A DNA stretch of 64,000 nucleotides from Narcine bancroftii (GCF_036971445.1 NC_091470.1:153016001-153080000), one strand, 5' to 3'; positions 11,891 through 25,406 are shown, counted from the first letter of the stretch. Translations and numbers: made by a program. Notes: generated by a model from the letters alone, not told the origin.

Positions 11891-12150
11891 AAGAAATGTC
11901 TCCAATTTATGAGTAGTCTTGGTGGGATAATATACGAGGCTACGGACATGAGTATGGGAGTGGGACACAGAATTGAAATGGTTGGCCACAGGAAGATCCT
12001 TGCCACTAATGCGACAGAGTGAAGGTACTCAGCAAAGTGATCTCCTAGTGTGCTCCCAATCTCTCCGATGGAGAGAAGGCTACAAAGGAAATACCATATG
12101 CAGTAGATCAGCCCTGCAGATACACAACTGAAGTGTTGCTTGTGAATATT
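11890..12150 (-). mobile_element. Penelope GIY-YIG endonuclease remnant
   Basis: KQHFSCVSAGLIYCIWYFLCSLLSIGEIGSTLGDHFAEYLHSV is a degenerate GIY-YIG motif (IYCI.C..C...YIGET.R.L..R..EH). Confidence 0.75.
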
Positions 12151-12512
12151 TGCTGCACTCCAACTATTGCATGTATAACATGAGCCCTGCTGCAGATGCC
12201 AAACATCCATATGAGGGCTTGATGCAAAATTTGCATTAGCAAAGGCCTTCTGGACATTGTACCTTTTTCTATTTCCATTTCTAAATCACTTGATCTGAAT
12301 GCCACCGATCTGGTCTTCATCAATTGGTGCATCTCTTGGTTTATCCATAACTTCTGGATTGTTTTAGTACGGTAAAAGAATATCCAAAGTTAACTTTTAC
12401 AAAGAACTAGTATAGTTATTTCAGGTAGGTTAAGGGGTTGGGGACTAGGAATGTCTTGCAGACATTTTTGGAGAATGGTTTCCTATGCTGTATTACATGA
12501 TTATATAGGTAG

Positions 12513-12522
<10 letters not shown>

Positions 12523-12552
<30 letters not shown>
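12523..12552 (+). repeat. (GA)15 microsatellite preceded by short (GT)n
   Basis: Direct reading. Confidence 0.95.
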
Positions 12553-12554
<2 letters not shown>

Positions 12555-12599
12555 ACCCACGTGGCGGACAAGTGACGGGCACTGCAGCTGAGGAACACA

Positions 12600-13042
12600 T
12601 TGGAGATTTGAGGTGAACCCATGCAGGCTGTGGGCTGTTCAAGTTTGGCTGAAGGATAGCAGGTATTAGAACCGAGGGCACTGAATGCTTCCTGATGGTA
12701 TCAGAGGTTCGAATCTGGAACTCGGGTTAACAATTTCAAAAGTAGCAAATGCAAACACACTGTGTAAATATGGTAACCTATGACCATGTCCTCTTTTTTG
12801 GAACGGCCATACTACTTGGACTGGACTCAGTGGCTGCGGAGGCGACGGATGTGCTAGAGGCAAATCCACAGACTCTCAGTGAATCTTGGGGGGACGGGAC
12901 ACAACTCATTTGCTTTTCTTTCTCTGACTGTAAGAGGCGTTTCAGACAATTTCTGCTGATGGCAAACCTTACAGCAGACTAAAGGCAATTTAGTATGACA
13001 TTAAACTTTTTATTACATGATAATAAAGGAATCTTGAATCTT
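12600..13042 (+). mobile_element. Second copy of the non-autonomous retroelement, with 3' tail
   Basis: Similar to 11600-11890; ends ataataaaggaatcttgaatctt. Confidence 0.5.
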
Positions 13043-13179
13043 TCTTTAAGTGCTGCCTCTATAATGGATGAAGGAAACATTTAGGCCCACATGGATGGCT
13101 GTTTTTGTAAGCAGAATGGGGACTACCTATTATTAATAACAGTAATCCATGTGGGGTTCAACGTTTCCTTGATCCATGA

Positions 13180-13431
13180 TTAGCGCTTTCAGGCTTCAAT
13201 GCGCATGCTTGCATTTGGTCAACTCGTTCCTGCGCCCTGCTCTGCGATTAGTGCTTTCCGTCACAGCGATACGCATGCGCCTTAATGCTGTCTTGCGATT
13301 GCTCCTTCTCGCGCAAGCGCCTTACCTCTGCAGCCAGGGCATCCAGCGGGAGCCGGGCTCGGTGGGTTGGTACGCATGCGTGCGCTCCCTCCTCTTTCCT
13401 TCTCTCTCTTACGCCGCCATCTTCTCTGAAC
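13180..13431 (+). promoter_or_regulatory. RPL22: RPL22 CpG-rich promoter with TCT/5'TOP initiator
   Basis: Polypyrimidine tract ctccctcctctttccttctctctctt 13385-13410, YY1-type gccgccatctt downstream, repeated NRF1-like gcgcatgc/acgcatgcgc motifs near 13200, 13271 and 13372, high CpG density. Confidence 0.85.
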
Positions 13432-13443
13432 ATGGCTCCTGCG
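13432..13443 (+). CDS. RPL22: RPL22 exon 1 (MAPA)
   Basis: ATG GCT CCT GCG|gtgagt; 12-nt coding first exon as in vertebrate RPL22 (human MAPV). Confidence 0.93.
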
Positions 13444-13939
13444 GTGAGTCCGCTGTTGCGTCGAAGGTTGCGACTGTGGATGTGGCGGGGAAACCGCGTG
13501 GTTTTGGCCGCTCTTCCGAAACTGTGGGCTCTTGTGTTCCTTTTGTCGTGGTCTCTGGACCGACTTGTTCTCCGGATCGTGGGGAGGCCGGTGGGAGTAG
13601 GCCTGAGCACTAGGCCACGGCATCGGGAGGGGGTTCTAACGTGAAGACCAGACCCGGGCGTTGCATTTGTTGGTCTGGTGTTTAACCCTGACCTTATTTC
13701 TGGTAGAGTTGGTTAATTTCAATTTTTGGGTGGAGCTGTTGGGCTGGTGCTCATTCCTGAGCGTCGCACGTGTTTGGCAAGGTTTTCATTACGTTTAAAA
13801 GAGTTAACAAAAATGAAATATTTTTAAAACCTATGGAGGCCAGTATTCCCTTTGTCGTTTAGATTTCACACTATATGTCAGAGAAACACAAGAACTTACG
13901 TCCATCTTGAGAAACTAGAGGGTCTCTGGATCAGGCACA

Positions 13940-14100
13940 GTAAAGACAGAATGCTGGAGAAACTCAGCCGGTCAAACAAAGATACAGAACCAACATTTTG
14001 GGCTTCAGGCCTTCAGCAAGCCAGGCAAAACGTAGGCAGGTGCCCGAACAAAATGGTGGGGGAAGGGGCAGGCAGAGGAACACAGTGGCAAAGGGAGAGA
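13940..14100 (-). mobile_element. Penelope pLTR fragment in RPL22 intron 1
   Basis: aatgctggagaaactcagccggtcaaac... same family as 1166-1601. Confidence 0.65.
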
Positions 14101-14794
14101 AATAGACAACATTTTGGGTTGGGATCCATATCTTTTAAATGTTGTAGTTCTGTTTTGTTGTGGAACATCAATTTAAGAACAGAGTTTTGAACTCCAGGGC
14201 AACTGGAAAATGTTCTTAAATTGAATTTCATTCATTGTAACCATGAAACCACTGGATTATTGAACACATTTGCTTCGTTTGCATCCTTCAAGGAATAAAA
14301 TCCATAATGATTGTCCTGTGCCTATGTTTGTTTCCAGAAACAACAATGTTCAAAATCAATTTATGCTGGAAACCGGAATGGTTAACACTTTAAGAACTTG
14401 GAAAGAAAGAAAACAAGTTTTCACTAGCAGAGAAAGTCAGGGAGGAATAGGTGGAACAAAGGGAATATTTCTGAAGAGATTAACATGTCAAATTGTTATG
14501 GTCATTTCAAGAAAATTTGGAATCAACTATAATATTGGCATGGTTAGTAATGGTCATATCCTGTGAATTTACTGCTGTAAATTGTATCCATCTGGATTAT
14601 AGAATGCTGATTTGACTTGCCTGCTGTTGGGTTCAATGCAGAATCTTCTCAATTCAATCTTGTCATCAAGAACCTGGATGGAAGATCACAATTAGCTCTA
14701 TAAAAGCATTATTCTCCCAATCAAAAGTAGGACCTAATTCAAAACATTCCAAACTTTGATCTGAATTTAATTTTCTGTTTGACTTGTTTTGCAG

Positions 14795-14896
14795 AAGAAG
14801 CTTCCAACGAGAGGCAAAAAGAAGAAGCAGGTGCTGAAGTTCACATTGGATTGTACACATCCAGTGGAAGATGGAATCATGGATGCTTCCAATTTT
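14795..14896 (+). CDS. RPL22: RPL22 exon 2
   Basis: ttttgcag|[34 protein letters not shown]|gtaagt. Confidence 0.97.
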
Positions 14897-15980
14897 GTAA
14901 GTTTACATAGACTTTTTTAAGTCGGATGGAAATTTAATGCAGTGTGGACCACAGATAAGGCTTTGTTTTAATGCTACATGACACACCAATACTGTGCTGA
15001 TGGTATGTTGTGGAAGATGTCATTTGGAGGTGGCCTTGAGATGCCAATTGTGGCTTAGTTACTTGTTTCCTGTGAATCAAAAGTTCTGAGTTCAAGACTT
15101 TAACATGCATTTTTATTCAGCTAATTGTTCTGTAACTTTAGTTGTTCATTATAGTAGCACAAGTTCGAAACATACTAGGGGATGTAGGTAAACTGGGTGT
15201 AAATTCAGCTGCATGGACTCATGGGCCAAAATGGCTGTTACCCTGCCAAATGACTTTTTAAAAAACTTTTTCACTGAGCTATATGTTAAAAATAAGTTCA
15301 GCTAGTTGGACTAGATTGACAAATACAGAATGATTTCTTGACAAATTGTACTTTTTGGTCTGCCAATCACTTTTAAGTTTGCAGTACTTTGTTTAATTTT
15401 GTGCATGAAAATGAAAACCACTTCCTACTTTTGTTAATGGGTTATTTAAGGGTAATCAAAATTTGAAATTGAAACATGTAATATTAAATAGATTTTCTTT
15501 GCAGCCCAAATGGTTGCAGAGTATCCACATTGTGCATTAATTTTCAGAATTCTGCCCGTGTAAATGTATACCTTGAATTGACAAATTGAATTTTATTTCT
15601 CATGTTTGTAGACATGAGGCCATTTAACTCAAATTGAGTTGAGATGGGTGCTCATTTCCATCAACCTCATTTTTCCCACTTCCCTGTGCTTCCTCTCAAG
15701 TGCCCAAGTTTAAGTACACATTCCATTAATTTGTAGATCTTTTATCTTGGTACTAAAAGTTGATTTTAAATTTAGTAATTCAAATGAAGCAATGTCATGA
15801 AGAATAAGTTTTGCAGTTATTTCAGGGATATAGACAGTTTCATCTTTTTAATAGGCATAGTTTATAAAATTTAAATTAAAACTATTTTCCTGAGCAAATA
15901 TAAGTGAATGTAATTCTTGAAATTACAAGAGGTTATCTCCATGGTTACCAACATCTCTTGTAATGGTGAGATTATGATCC

Positions 15981-16200
15981 AATTTTAGACGTACAGCATG
16001 GTAACAGGCCACTTCAGCCCACAAGTCCATGTTGCCCTATTTTTCACCCAATTAACCTACGCCCCCTGTACATTTCGAACAGTGGGGGGGAAACCCATGC
16101 AGAGCGAACAAACTCCTTATAGACAACGCAGGATTTGAACCCTGGTTCTAATTGCTGGCACTGTAAAGGCGTTGCACTAACTGCTATGCCATCTGTGCTG
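15981..16200 (-). mobile_element. V-SINE/HE1-like SINE, followed by a CR1 3' end (16205-16430, +)
   Basis: ttttagacgtacagcatggtaacaggcc...aaactccttatagacaacgcaggatttgaacc. Confidence 0.8.
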
Positions 16201-18526
16201 CCCATTTTGTGGGGAACATTTGGGGGAACTTCACACAGAGAGTGGTGGGGGTGTGGAACAAGTTGCGTGGTGAATGTGGGCTCATTTTTAACATTTAAGA
16301 ATTTGCACAGGTTCATGGATGGGAGGGGTATGGAGGACTATGGACTAGGTGTAGGTCAGTGGGACTAGACAGAAAAATAGTTTGACACAGACTAGAAGAG
16401 TCTGTTTCTGTGCTGTCATGTTCTATGGATCTAGGTTTATTTCCATGATAATACCCATGGTGCTTGGACTACTATCCCAAGTCAAACTGAATTGGCCACA
16501 GTGGAAGTTAGATGCAGTTTAATAATCTGGATTTAATATTTATAAAAATGCGAAATGAATATGATTTACAAACTATTGGATGATCATGAAAACCATCAAT
16601 ATCCCCCAGAGAGAAGAAATGCCAGTCTCACCCGGTGAACCAATATGTAACTTTGAACCTGCTGCAATGGCATTAAACATCTCAGTAGACTTCAAATTAC
16701 TGGGGGAGTTTAGCAGGTTGAGCAGTTGGATAGGATGCTTGATTTTATTGGCATGTGGGATTCACTAAAGCATTGAATGCAATGCAGTCAATTAAATGCT
16801 TGGTGCAGAACAACATTATTGATGAGAATTTATGTAAGATAAGAAAGTGGATAGGGCCTTGTACAATCCTGTGTCATGTTGCATGGTAATTATACTGAAT
16901 GGGAAAATGGTTGATTTTTATTTGATTATTTGAGTTGTCACTGCAAGATCAGAAGCTTGTATCCAAATCTTAAACTGATTGAATGTGAGCAAGCTAGAAG
17001 GTCTAGTTGTATTATTTGTTCCGATCTGATGTAACTTTGGTTTTGAGAACCTTCCCTTGCAGCCATGAGTTTAAATTGAAACAAAACCAGGCGTTCTGTG
17101 CGTGCACTGTCAAATAAGGAAGTCCCGGTCTTAATAACATACAAAATGCAGATAAGGAGCCCATCAGTGGATCCCATTCTTTGAGATTGAACTGCAATTT
17201 GGATTCTGTCAGTGGCAAGATTCATAACCTCTGATTCCAATGCAGATTGTGGAGTGGCAAATTAAGAGGGCAATTTTGATTCATTTTAGTGTTTTGAATT
17301 ATTTGTATTTCTCGATGCTTTTTATTTATTTCTAGTTTAATTTTGTTTTTTTGTGGCAAGTTTAAATGCCTTTTAATATCAGAGTCTTAAAAGTTATTAG
17401 ATGATTACAGCTCATGATGGGGATTATAAGCAGTGAAAACTTACAGGGTAGTTTGTATCAGTGTTTCCTGCCATAGTCCTGTGAAGTTTAGGATCATGCT
17501 CTAATGGAAACAACGTTTTTGGGGAAACTCATCAAGTACTCCACATTCTGTTGGGTAATTGAGGAGGGACCAGAGAGAGGTGGCTTCTGGACTACTGACT
17601 GAGCCTTTTTAGAATGTCTAGTTGTCTACCTATTGTGCCTTCATACCATGTCTATTGAGGTTTGTCTGACTGCTGGTATTCTTCATTTGCATCAGGAAGC
17701 TGTAGTATCGATCATATCATTGAAGCATTTATCCAGCAAATGTGTCCAGGAGAAATAAATTGACTATTATGGAATTGAATGCTTTTTGGATTTAGTTTTT
17801 AACCAAAATGTTGTTTTTCTGACACTAAAACACAGATCTTTTTTCAAATATTTTCATGCCAAATTTATAGAAGATAGATTCTAAAGATTGGTGTTAGCTG
17901 TGATGAAGGATATGAGTGATATTTTTTAAAGTACAGCGTCAGTAAGCTGGCTGAAACAAAATCATTGGAGTTGACCAAACACAATAAGGTTTTGAACAGC
18001 GGAAATTATCACTTAAATCTGTGTATTTATCCTTTATATAGGCAACTTTGCTGATTTAAAAAAAAATTAAAATAGAAGATAGGCATTTGTTCCTGCAGAT
18101 TCCTCATTGGGAACAGGCAAGGGCACCTAATATAGGCTGATATTCTCTGCAGATGTCTTTACCTGAAGCACATTAAGAGCCTACAGTGAACCACATCCAG
18201 ATGCAGTGTAGTGTCTTATGACATTCTTCAAGATGGGAAAGTGGAATTAATTTTTGAAGGTAAACTATAATTTTTGTGATCAGCTGAGATGATTGAAGAT
18301 ACTATTTGGCCTACTACACCTGTATTTTTTCCACCACTTTTAATAAAGTTTCAATAAAGTGTCTTGGATTAATTCAGCTTTCTGCACTTGCAATCTGAAT
18401 TTGAGTGGAATAACTTGTTTCAAATTTAAGTGAAATGCTCCATTAATAATTGTTGTTGCAAAATGTCTTCATTGTTGAGGTATTTCACAGAAGTAAACAA
18501 ATCCATGACTTTGGATTTTTGTAGAC

Positions 18527-18750
18527 CATCCATTCTCAACTTTTTTTGGCTATGACCCCTTAGGACTCTGGTCAAAGTTTACGTTTCCCGTTCCCTTCAA
18601 AATAGTCATTTTGGTTTCTTCTGTACTTCTCTCCTACCTAAAAAACAAAAAAAAAAATTTATGCTACGTGAGGTAAAAGGAAACGAGATTTTTATTTAAA
18701 TGTGCTGTGGCTCCCAGGAGGGGTTGTAGGACCCCCAGTGAGAATGGCTG
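18527..18750. mobile_element. hAT-type MITE
   Basis: catccattctcaac ... gtgagaatggctg imperfect TIRs. Confidence 0.55.
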
Positions 18751-18856
18751 CTGTACTCAATGCCTTCCTGTGATTGTCTGCCCTCTATCGAGGGGGAGAG
18801 TTGCACTGTCCATTCATATAAACACAGGAACATGTTTAATATAACTTTCCCAAGTA

Positions 18857-21492
18857 CAGTTATAACTCTGATTATCTGAAATGGTCAGGGTTTTTTGGAT
18901 AACTGGTCATTTTTTTAAAAACTGCCCAGTAGCAACAGCAAATCACTTATAACAGTGTTTAAACAACAAGGGGAGGCTTTTAAAGCACGAAATAATGTTT
19001 AATTCACACCTAAAAATAAAATCACTAACCACCAAACACTTGAAATTCTACACACAATCACGGTGCTATCTGCAGACTTCTTTATCATCGCAAAACCCTC
19101 AAGTGCTTCGTCGAAATTAAAATGGCGACTCAGATTCGCACATAATCGTACTGGGTGGGCACCAAAAAAAATCAGATGAGGATTTTTCATTGTTTCCAGA
19201 CAGCGCAGGATTCGAATACAAGTCCAGTCCCAATTGCTGGCGCTGTCAAGGTGTTGCCAACCACGCCACCAATATGTTAATATAGAAAATGTTTAATTAT
19301 TGTGTGCTGAAGTTGCATATTATTTTTGAGTGTATGGGCATTGCACCTTTCCCATTGTTCATGTTGTGACAGTGCTTGCTGGATAAATCAACCACCTTGA
19401 GGCAGGAGTCACCTTTGGATTTTTAGTTCATACTGACTGGCTTCACAGTAATGTCATGGGGGTTCTGTCAAGAATGGGAACTCTGGCAGTTAATCTACAA
19501 CCTTTATATAGATTGGTAATACACCAGAAAAGACTATTCCCCGTTTGCTGAATTTTGGTATTAGTAAATAGAGTATAACTCGTATTTGAAATCTTTTTGG
19601 GAGGCTTCCCCAAAAATTTTGGATAAATGAGGATTTCGGAAACAATCAAAAATCCTCATTCTTTTGAAAATAATTTGCCTTCCAAAACTATCGGATGAAT
19701 GAGGGTGCTGAACCAATAAAAAATAGTATGTATAGAAAGAGCCTGGGTGCTAAAAAGCTATTTGAAAGGAATAAGGGGCAGGGACAATTCCTTTGCTGAA
19801 CCAAGCCATGAAAGACCTCAACAATGAAGACGCTGTTTACATCCGGTACCGCACGGATGGCAGTCTCTTCAATCTGAGGCGCCTGCAAGCTCACACCAAG
19901 ACACAAGAAAAACTTGTCCGTGAACTACTCTTTGCAGACGATGCCACTTTAGTTGCCCATTCAGAGCCAGCTCTTCAGCGCTTGACGTCCTGTTTTGCGG
20001 AAACTGCCAAAATGTTTGGCCTGGAAGTCAGCCTGAAGAAAAAGGAGGTCCTCCATCAGCCAGCTCCCCACCATGACTACCAGCCCCCCCACATCTCCAT
20101 CGGGCACACAAAACGGTCAACCAGTTTACCTATCTCGGCTGCACCAGCAGGATCGACAACGAGATAGACAACAGACTCGCCAAGGCAAATAGCGCCTTTG
20201 GAAGACTACACAAAAGAGTCTGGAAAAACAACCAACTGAAAAACCTCACAAAGATTAGCGTATACAGAGCCGTTGTCATACCCACACTCCTGTTCGGCTC
20301 CGAATCATGGGTCCTCTACCGGCATCACCTACGGCTCCTAGAACGCTTCCACCACCGTTGTCTCCGCTCCATCCTCAACATTCATTGGAGCGCTTTCATC
20401 CCTAACGTCGAAATTCTCAAGATGGCAGAGGTCGACAGCATCGAGTCCACGCTGCTGAAGATCCAGCTGCGCTGGGTGGGTCACGTCTCCAGAATGGAGG
20501 ACCATCGCCTTCCCAAGATCGTGTTATATGGCGAGCTCTCCACTGGCCACCGTGACAGAGGTGCACCAAAGAAAAGGTACAAGGACTGCCTAAAGAAATC
20601 TCTTGGTGCCTGCCACATTGACCACCGCCAGTGGGCTGATATCGCCTCAAACCGTGCATCTTGATGCCTCACAGTTCGGCAGGCAGCAACCTCCTTTGAA
20701 GAAGACCGCAGAGCCCACCTCACTGACAAAAGGCAAAGGAGGAAAAACCCAACACCCAACCCCAACCAACCAATTTTCCCCTGCAATCGTGTCTGCCTGT
20801 CCCGCATCGGACTTGTCAGCCACAAACGAGCCTGCAGCTGACGTGGACATTTACCCCCTCCATAAATCTTCGTCCGCGAAGCCAAGCCAAAGAAGAGATG
20901 TCCTGTATGCAAGCTGTGGAGGGTTGGTGGGGGGGGTAATGACTTTAACTCAGCGGTTGATTTTGTACATGGCTCTAATTAAATGGGAATATAGAAACTG
21001 TTTGTGCTTAAGTTTTAAAATCATATATAAAATATTCAAAAAAATTCTCATTTATCCAAAAATCATTGTCTCCAAAAATTATCAGATAAACAAGGATTTT
21101 GGAAATGAAAAATCCTTATTTGATATTTTTTCAGTGCCAAACTCACTTCACAACATGGAAAAAAAATTAAATCCAGCATGCTGATGTGCATATCTGAGTC
21201 GCCATTTTGATTTTGACGAACCACTCAAGAGTTTTGCGATGGCAAAGAGGTCTGTAGATGTGTGTAGAATTTCAAGTGGTTGGTGATTTATCTTGCAGTA
21301 TTTTGTTTAGGTTGCTTTTAGGTGTGAATTAAACATTACCACATGCCTAAAAAGCCTTCCCTTGTTGTTTGTTGTTCAAACACTGTTACAAGTGATTTAC
21401 TGTTGCTACTGGCCTGTTTTTTAAAAAATGACCACTTATCCAAAAAAAAATAGGTGCAGTCTCGATCATTTTGGATAATCAGACTTGATCTG
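18857..21492. mobile_element. Tc1/mariner (Tigger/pogo-like) element with about 290-bp inverted arms, containing a nested RTE
   Basis: TA-cagttataactctgattatc ... gataatcagacttgatctg-TA; arm 18857-19143 is the reverse complement of 21184-21492. Confidence 0.75.
19794..20898 (+). mobile_element. RTE-clade LINE, 5'-truncated copy 2 (includes RT active site LFADD)
   Basis: VYIRYRTDGSLFNLRRLQAHTKTQEKLVRELLFADDATLVAHSE...; tail gccaagccaaagaagaga. Confidence 0.92.
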
Positions 21493-21535
21493 TACATAAT
21501 ATTCTCTGGGGTGCCTGTATGGGAGAAAATTATAA

Positions 21536-21682
<147 letters not shown>

Positions 21683-22239
21683 TGAGTCTGAAGGCGAGGG
21701 AAACAACTGTGTTATCTTAAAGGAAGATAGTCCTTTTCAACGGTCATCTCTTAATTAGCTCAATGTTTCAAATAAATTTTAGGTCAGATAACAACTGCAG
21801 GTTAAAACTGGTGGGATGTGGCGTTTCACAAGAATAATGTTGGGAAGTTGTACGAGGTTGGGGTGGTGAGAACGGGGGGGATAAATGATACATGAATGTT
21901 AAAGATTGTATTGTTTGAGTATGAAATTCAAAATAAAATGTTTAAAAAAGAGAATAATGGTGGGATAGAATAATTCAGAATTGGAAACAAAATTGTTATT
22001 TGCAAAGAATACATGGAATTTTTAGAATGAGAATATAGTAGTAAATTATTTTTCTCTGGATCTCAGGTGAAGAAAAAAACAGGATGTGGTAGTATTGTCT
22101 TATTGGACATATTTGGAATCATGGAAGCTTGTTTAGTTTTTGAACAAACTAGGTTTAGGAAGAATTGTATAAAAGTGAATCATTAAATGTAATTTAGGAG
22201 AAACTAACCTGGAGAGCTGATGGGTAATTAAATCCAAAT

Positions 22240-22790
22240 AGGTTTGGTAATGAGAGGCAGAGGGTAGTGGCGGAAGGATGCTTCTCTGAATAGAAATCAA
22301 TGACTAGTGGTGTGCCTTGGGATTGATGTTAGGATCATCCAGGTAGTTAGTATATTATCAGTGTGTCCCAGCACCTCCTAACAGCTGGGAGATGAGTTGT
22401 AAAATTATGGATGACATGAAAATTCATGTTCTGGATAGAAAGGTTGGATACAGCTGCAGAAAAAGTTGCAGCTCAGAAGGAAAGTTGGGCAGTGCATTAG
22501 CAGAAGGAATTTAATTCCAAGTGTGAGGTAATGCATTTTGGGAAGTTGAAAACAGGTTGCATAAATAGAGTAAACGATAGGACACTAGGATTGAATAGCT
22601 CTGAAGAGACAACTCAGGTTGATAGGATAGTAAAAAAAATCTAGTATACTCGATTGGGGTATTGAATACAAGTTCGGACATTATGTTGCAACTTAAAGCA
22701 TTGATTAGATTGCACCTAGAATAATGTACTTTGTTGATTGCCACAGTTTAGGAAAGATGTGATTGTACTGAAGAGAATGCAGCATGAGGA
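22240..22790 (+). mobile_element. Degraded CR1 ORF2 fragment
   Basis: aggcagagggtagtgg..gaaggatg..tgactagtggtgtgcc..; gatgacatgaaaatt; aagtgtgaggtaatgcattttggg. Confidence 0.7.
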
Positions 22791-22930
22791 GGCATGTGTG
22801 GAGCTAACATTGACCAGGACTTCTAGTTTAGTAACCTATCCCAGCTACAAATGCCATGTAATATTAGCTGGATAATTTTTCTGATGAGAATTTTTTAAAA
22901 AATGTATAGCTGGCCATCCTTAGGAGAATA

Positions 22931-23730
22931 CAGTAGAATCCCTATTATCCAGCACCTCTGGGGAATCATGGATGTCAGATATGTGAATTTTCCGGATGAC
23001 TGAGACTCACTTTTCCAATGCTAATACACTTGCATTAAGAATGCACTGTTTAAAAGACTAAAGATACTGTAAAAATGTAAAGTAATTTAAAAAAAGTATT
23101 GTCCTTAATTACGCAAAGATCACTTTAATAGGTTAATTCTCATAACTCTCAATTTAAATTCGAACCTCGATTGCTGAGGCTGTGACGGAGTTCCATGAGC
23201 CACTACATTAACCGTACTGCCATCATAATTAACCCCCCTCGACACACCTACCTTTAAGTTCAAACTCCATTAGCGAGTGCTGTAACAGTGTTGCAGTACC
23301 TTCTACACTAACTGTGCCACCGTCATAATTAAACCCCACCCCTCCCCCAAGTTAATATAAAGCCTTACTAATATACTTAATAATAAAATAATAAAGACTT
23401 ATCAGGCAAAGATAGGGAGATACTTTGGGAGAGTCGCCCCAGGACTGAGCGGCACCGGCCTGCTCTTCATCCTGGGCTCTGCCATTCTAACACAGCTTTA
23501 TTGAAACTTTATTCATACAGTTGACGCGGGCTGGGAACAACCGGAACGCTCCACTGGCTGAGTGCTTACTCCCAAGGGGTTGTGTGTTGCTTTGGAGAAT
23601 GTTCACTATTGCAAATTTAAACTTTTATTAAATATGTTATTTATTCTCAACAAAATTTATTTATTTACTCGCTTTTTTACTGGTTGTGAACTTCCAGTTG
23701 ATTGAGTGCCAGACAATGGGGAGTTTACTG
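22931..23730. mobile_element. Tigger/pogo-like MITE
   Basis: TA-cagtagaatccctattatccagcac ... gtgccagacaatggggagtttactg-TA. Confidence 0.7.
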
Positions 23731-23888
23731 TAGTTTTCAAATCTTAGAAACCCATCTGTCAATATCCTGCCATCTACACCTTTTATTCTACAATACAGAC
23801 GACATAGCTATTCTGCATTGTATGCACATTTCTTAACCATGGTTCCTACAGTTAATGTATATTCTGATAAGCAGCAAAACTAGCTCAA

Positions 23889-24215
23889 GGCCCTTTTACA
23901 CTGCCCTTCAAAGACAATAATTAATCACCTTTTTACTGTGAACATGACGAACACAAGATGGGGGGGGGGGGTCATTTTGTATCCCGCCAAGGTAGATAGT
24001 ATCAGAGACTATGCATTTCATATCAGCTCCAATGTAAAAGGCTTACCTGCCTTCCTGGGATGCTGTACCTCCTGGCTCCTTTTGACCTGGGATGCTGGGT
24101 TGTTCTGTAAAAGGTTGCACTGAACCTGCTTGGTTCAGTGTGAGCACTCAATTTGACCTGACTTTAAATATGGGTCATTGACATGCCATTTTAGTGGGAT
24201 GTCTGTAAAAGGGGT
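23889..24215. mobile_element. PIF/Harbinger-like MITE
   Basis: ggcccttttacactg ... ctgtaaaaggggt TIRs. Confidence 0.55.
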
Positions 24216-25192
24216 AACAGACATGGGGAAAGCCACTATAACACCTTTTGACCATTAGTCTTCATATTTTGATTGAGCTACTTTTAGAACTAAATTACAT
24301 CATGTCCTGCCCTTGCTGAGTTGAATTATTTTAATTTAATATTAAAACGTTTGCAGACTCCTTTTTAAATAATTTTAAACACTCTCCAAATGTTATTGTT
24401 TTACAACTAAGTAACTAGAAATGGGCATGTTTTTTCTCCTTACACCATGTTGGCTGTTTTCCAGTTTGCATACTTTCAGCCAGACAAGATTAGAAAAATC
24501 AGATGTTGAGCTCGTTAATAGATGGGATAAATTTCACCCAGCTTAGAATGAATTTACTTTTCAGTATTTCCTCATATTTCACAGTTCTTCATCTATGACA
24601 TTGGTGTTGTCACCCTTTCCTGTGAAAGGAGACCCACATCCAGTTTTTCCATCTTTATCCAGATATTCTTATCTTTAGGTAATACTCGTACATCTGTGCT
24701 TTTGCTCTTTATAAAGAATGTCATCTTGGAATTTTCCTTAACCTTTCTATTTTCCATGAAATCTTTGCCATCAGAATTTCCTTTATCCTTTCAGTTTTGT
24801 ATGGTTTCTTGCACTTTAGGCCTCTCAGCATATGATGGAATCTTCTTTGGCTTTATCCTTCTCCATTGGCAACTAAAATGATTGTGGTGTTTCTAGATTT
24901 AGGAGACACTCCTATTTCATGAATGCCTCTTCCTTGATTTTGTATTCCACGTAATAATTTGTTACTTCATTAAATGATGCCCTAGGTTAATTTTAAAAAA
25001 AAAAGTTATTTATCATATAACTATATTGAATGTCACTGAATTGTGATCACTTTCCCCTTGCTGTCTTAATTATCATTCTCTGGACTTGAGTGTGTACATG
25101 CACGTGTGAGTGCTTGGATTTTTAGACTGAGTGAAATGTTTGGTGGGATGTTGAATAGGGGAGATTGAAGAAACTGTTTATTAAACTTTTAA

Positions 25193-25363
<171 letters not shown>

Positions 25364-25400
25364 GCCAACCCTGGTCTGGACTTTTGTACAAATTATATTC

Positions 25401-25406
25401 AATAAA
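25401..25406 (+). terminator. RPL22: RPL22 polyadenylation signal
   Basis: AATAAA 38 nt after the stop, with upstream TGTA and downstream GT-rich tract (gtttgggttgtttt). Confidence 0.8.

Noticed and set aside
13176-13644. Four overlapping 113-145 aa ORFs over the RPL22 promoter
   Set aside because: By-product of a GC/CpG-rich promoter; only the 12-nt MAPA exon has a splice donor and homology
17900-17954. Possible C/D snoRNA in RPL22 intron 2 (GTGATGA...CTGA)
   Set aside because: Only about 55 nt between the boxes, no correctly placed terminal stem and no recognisable rRNA guide; a snoscan search would settle it
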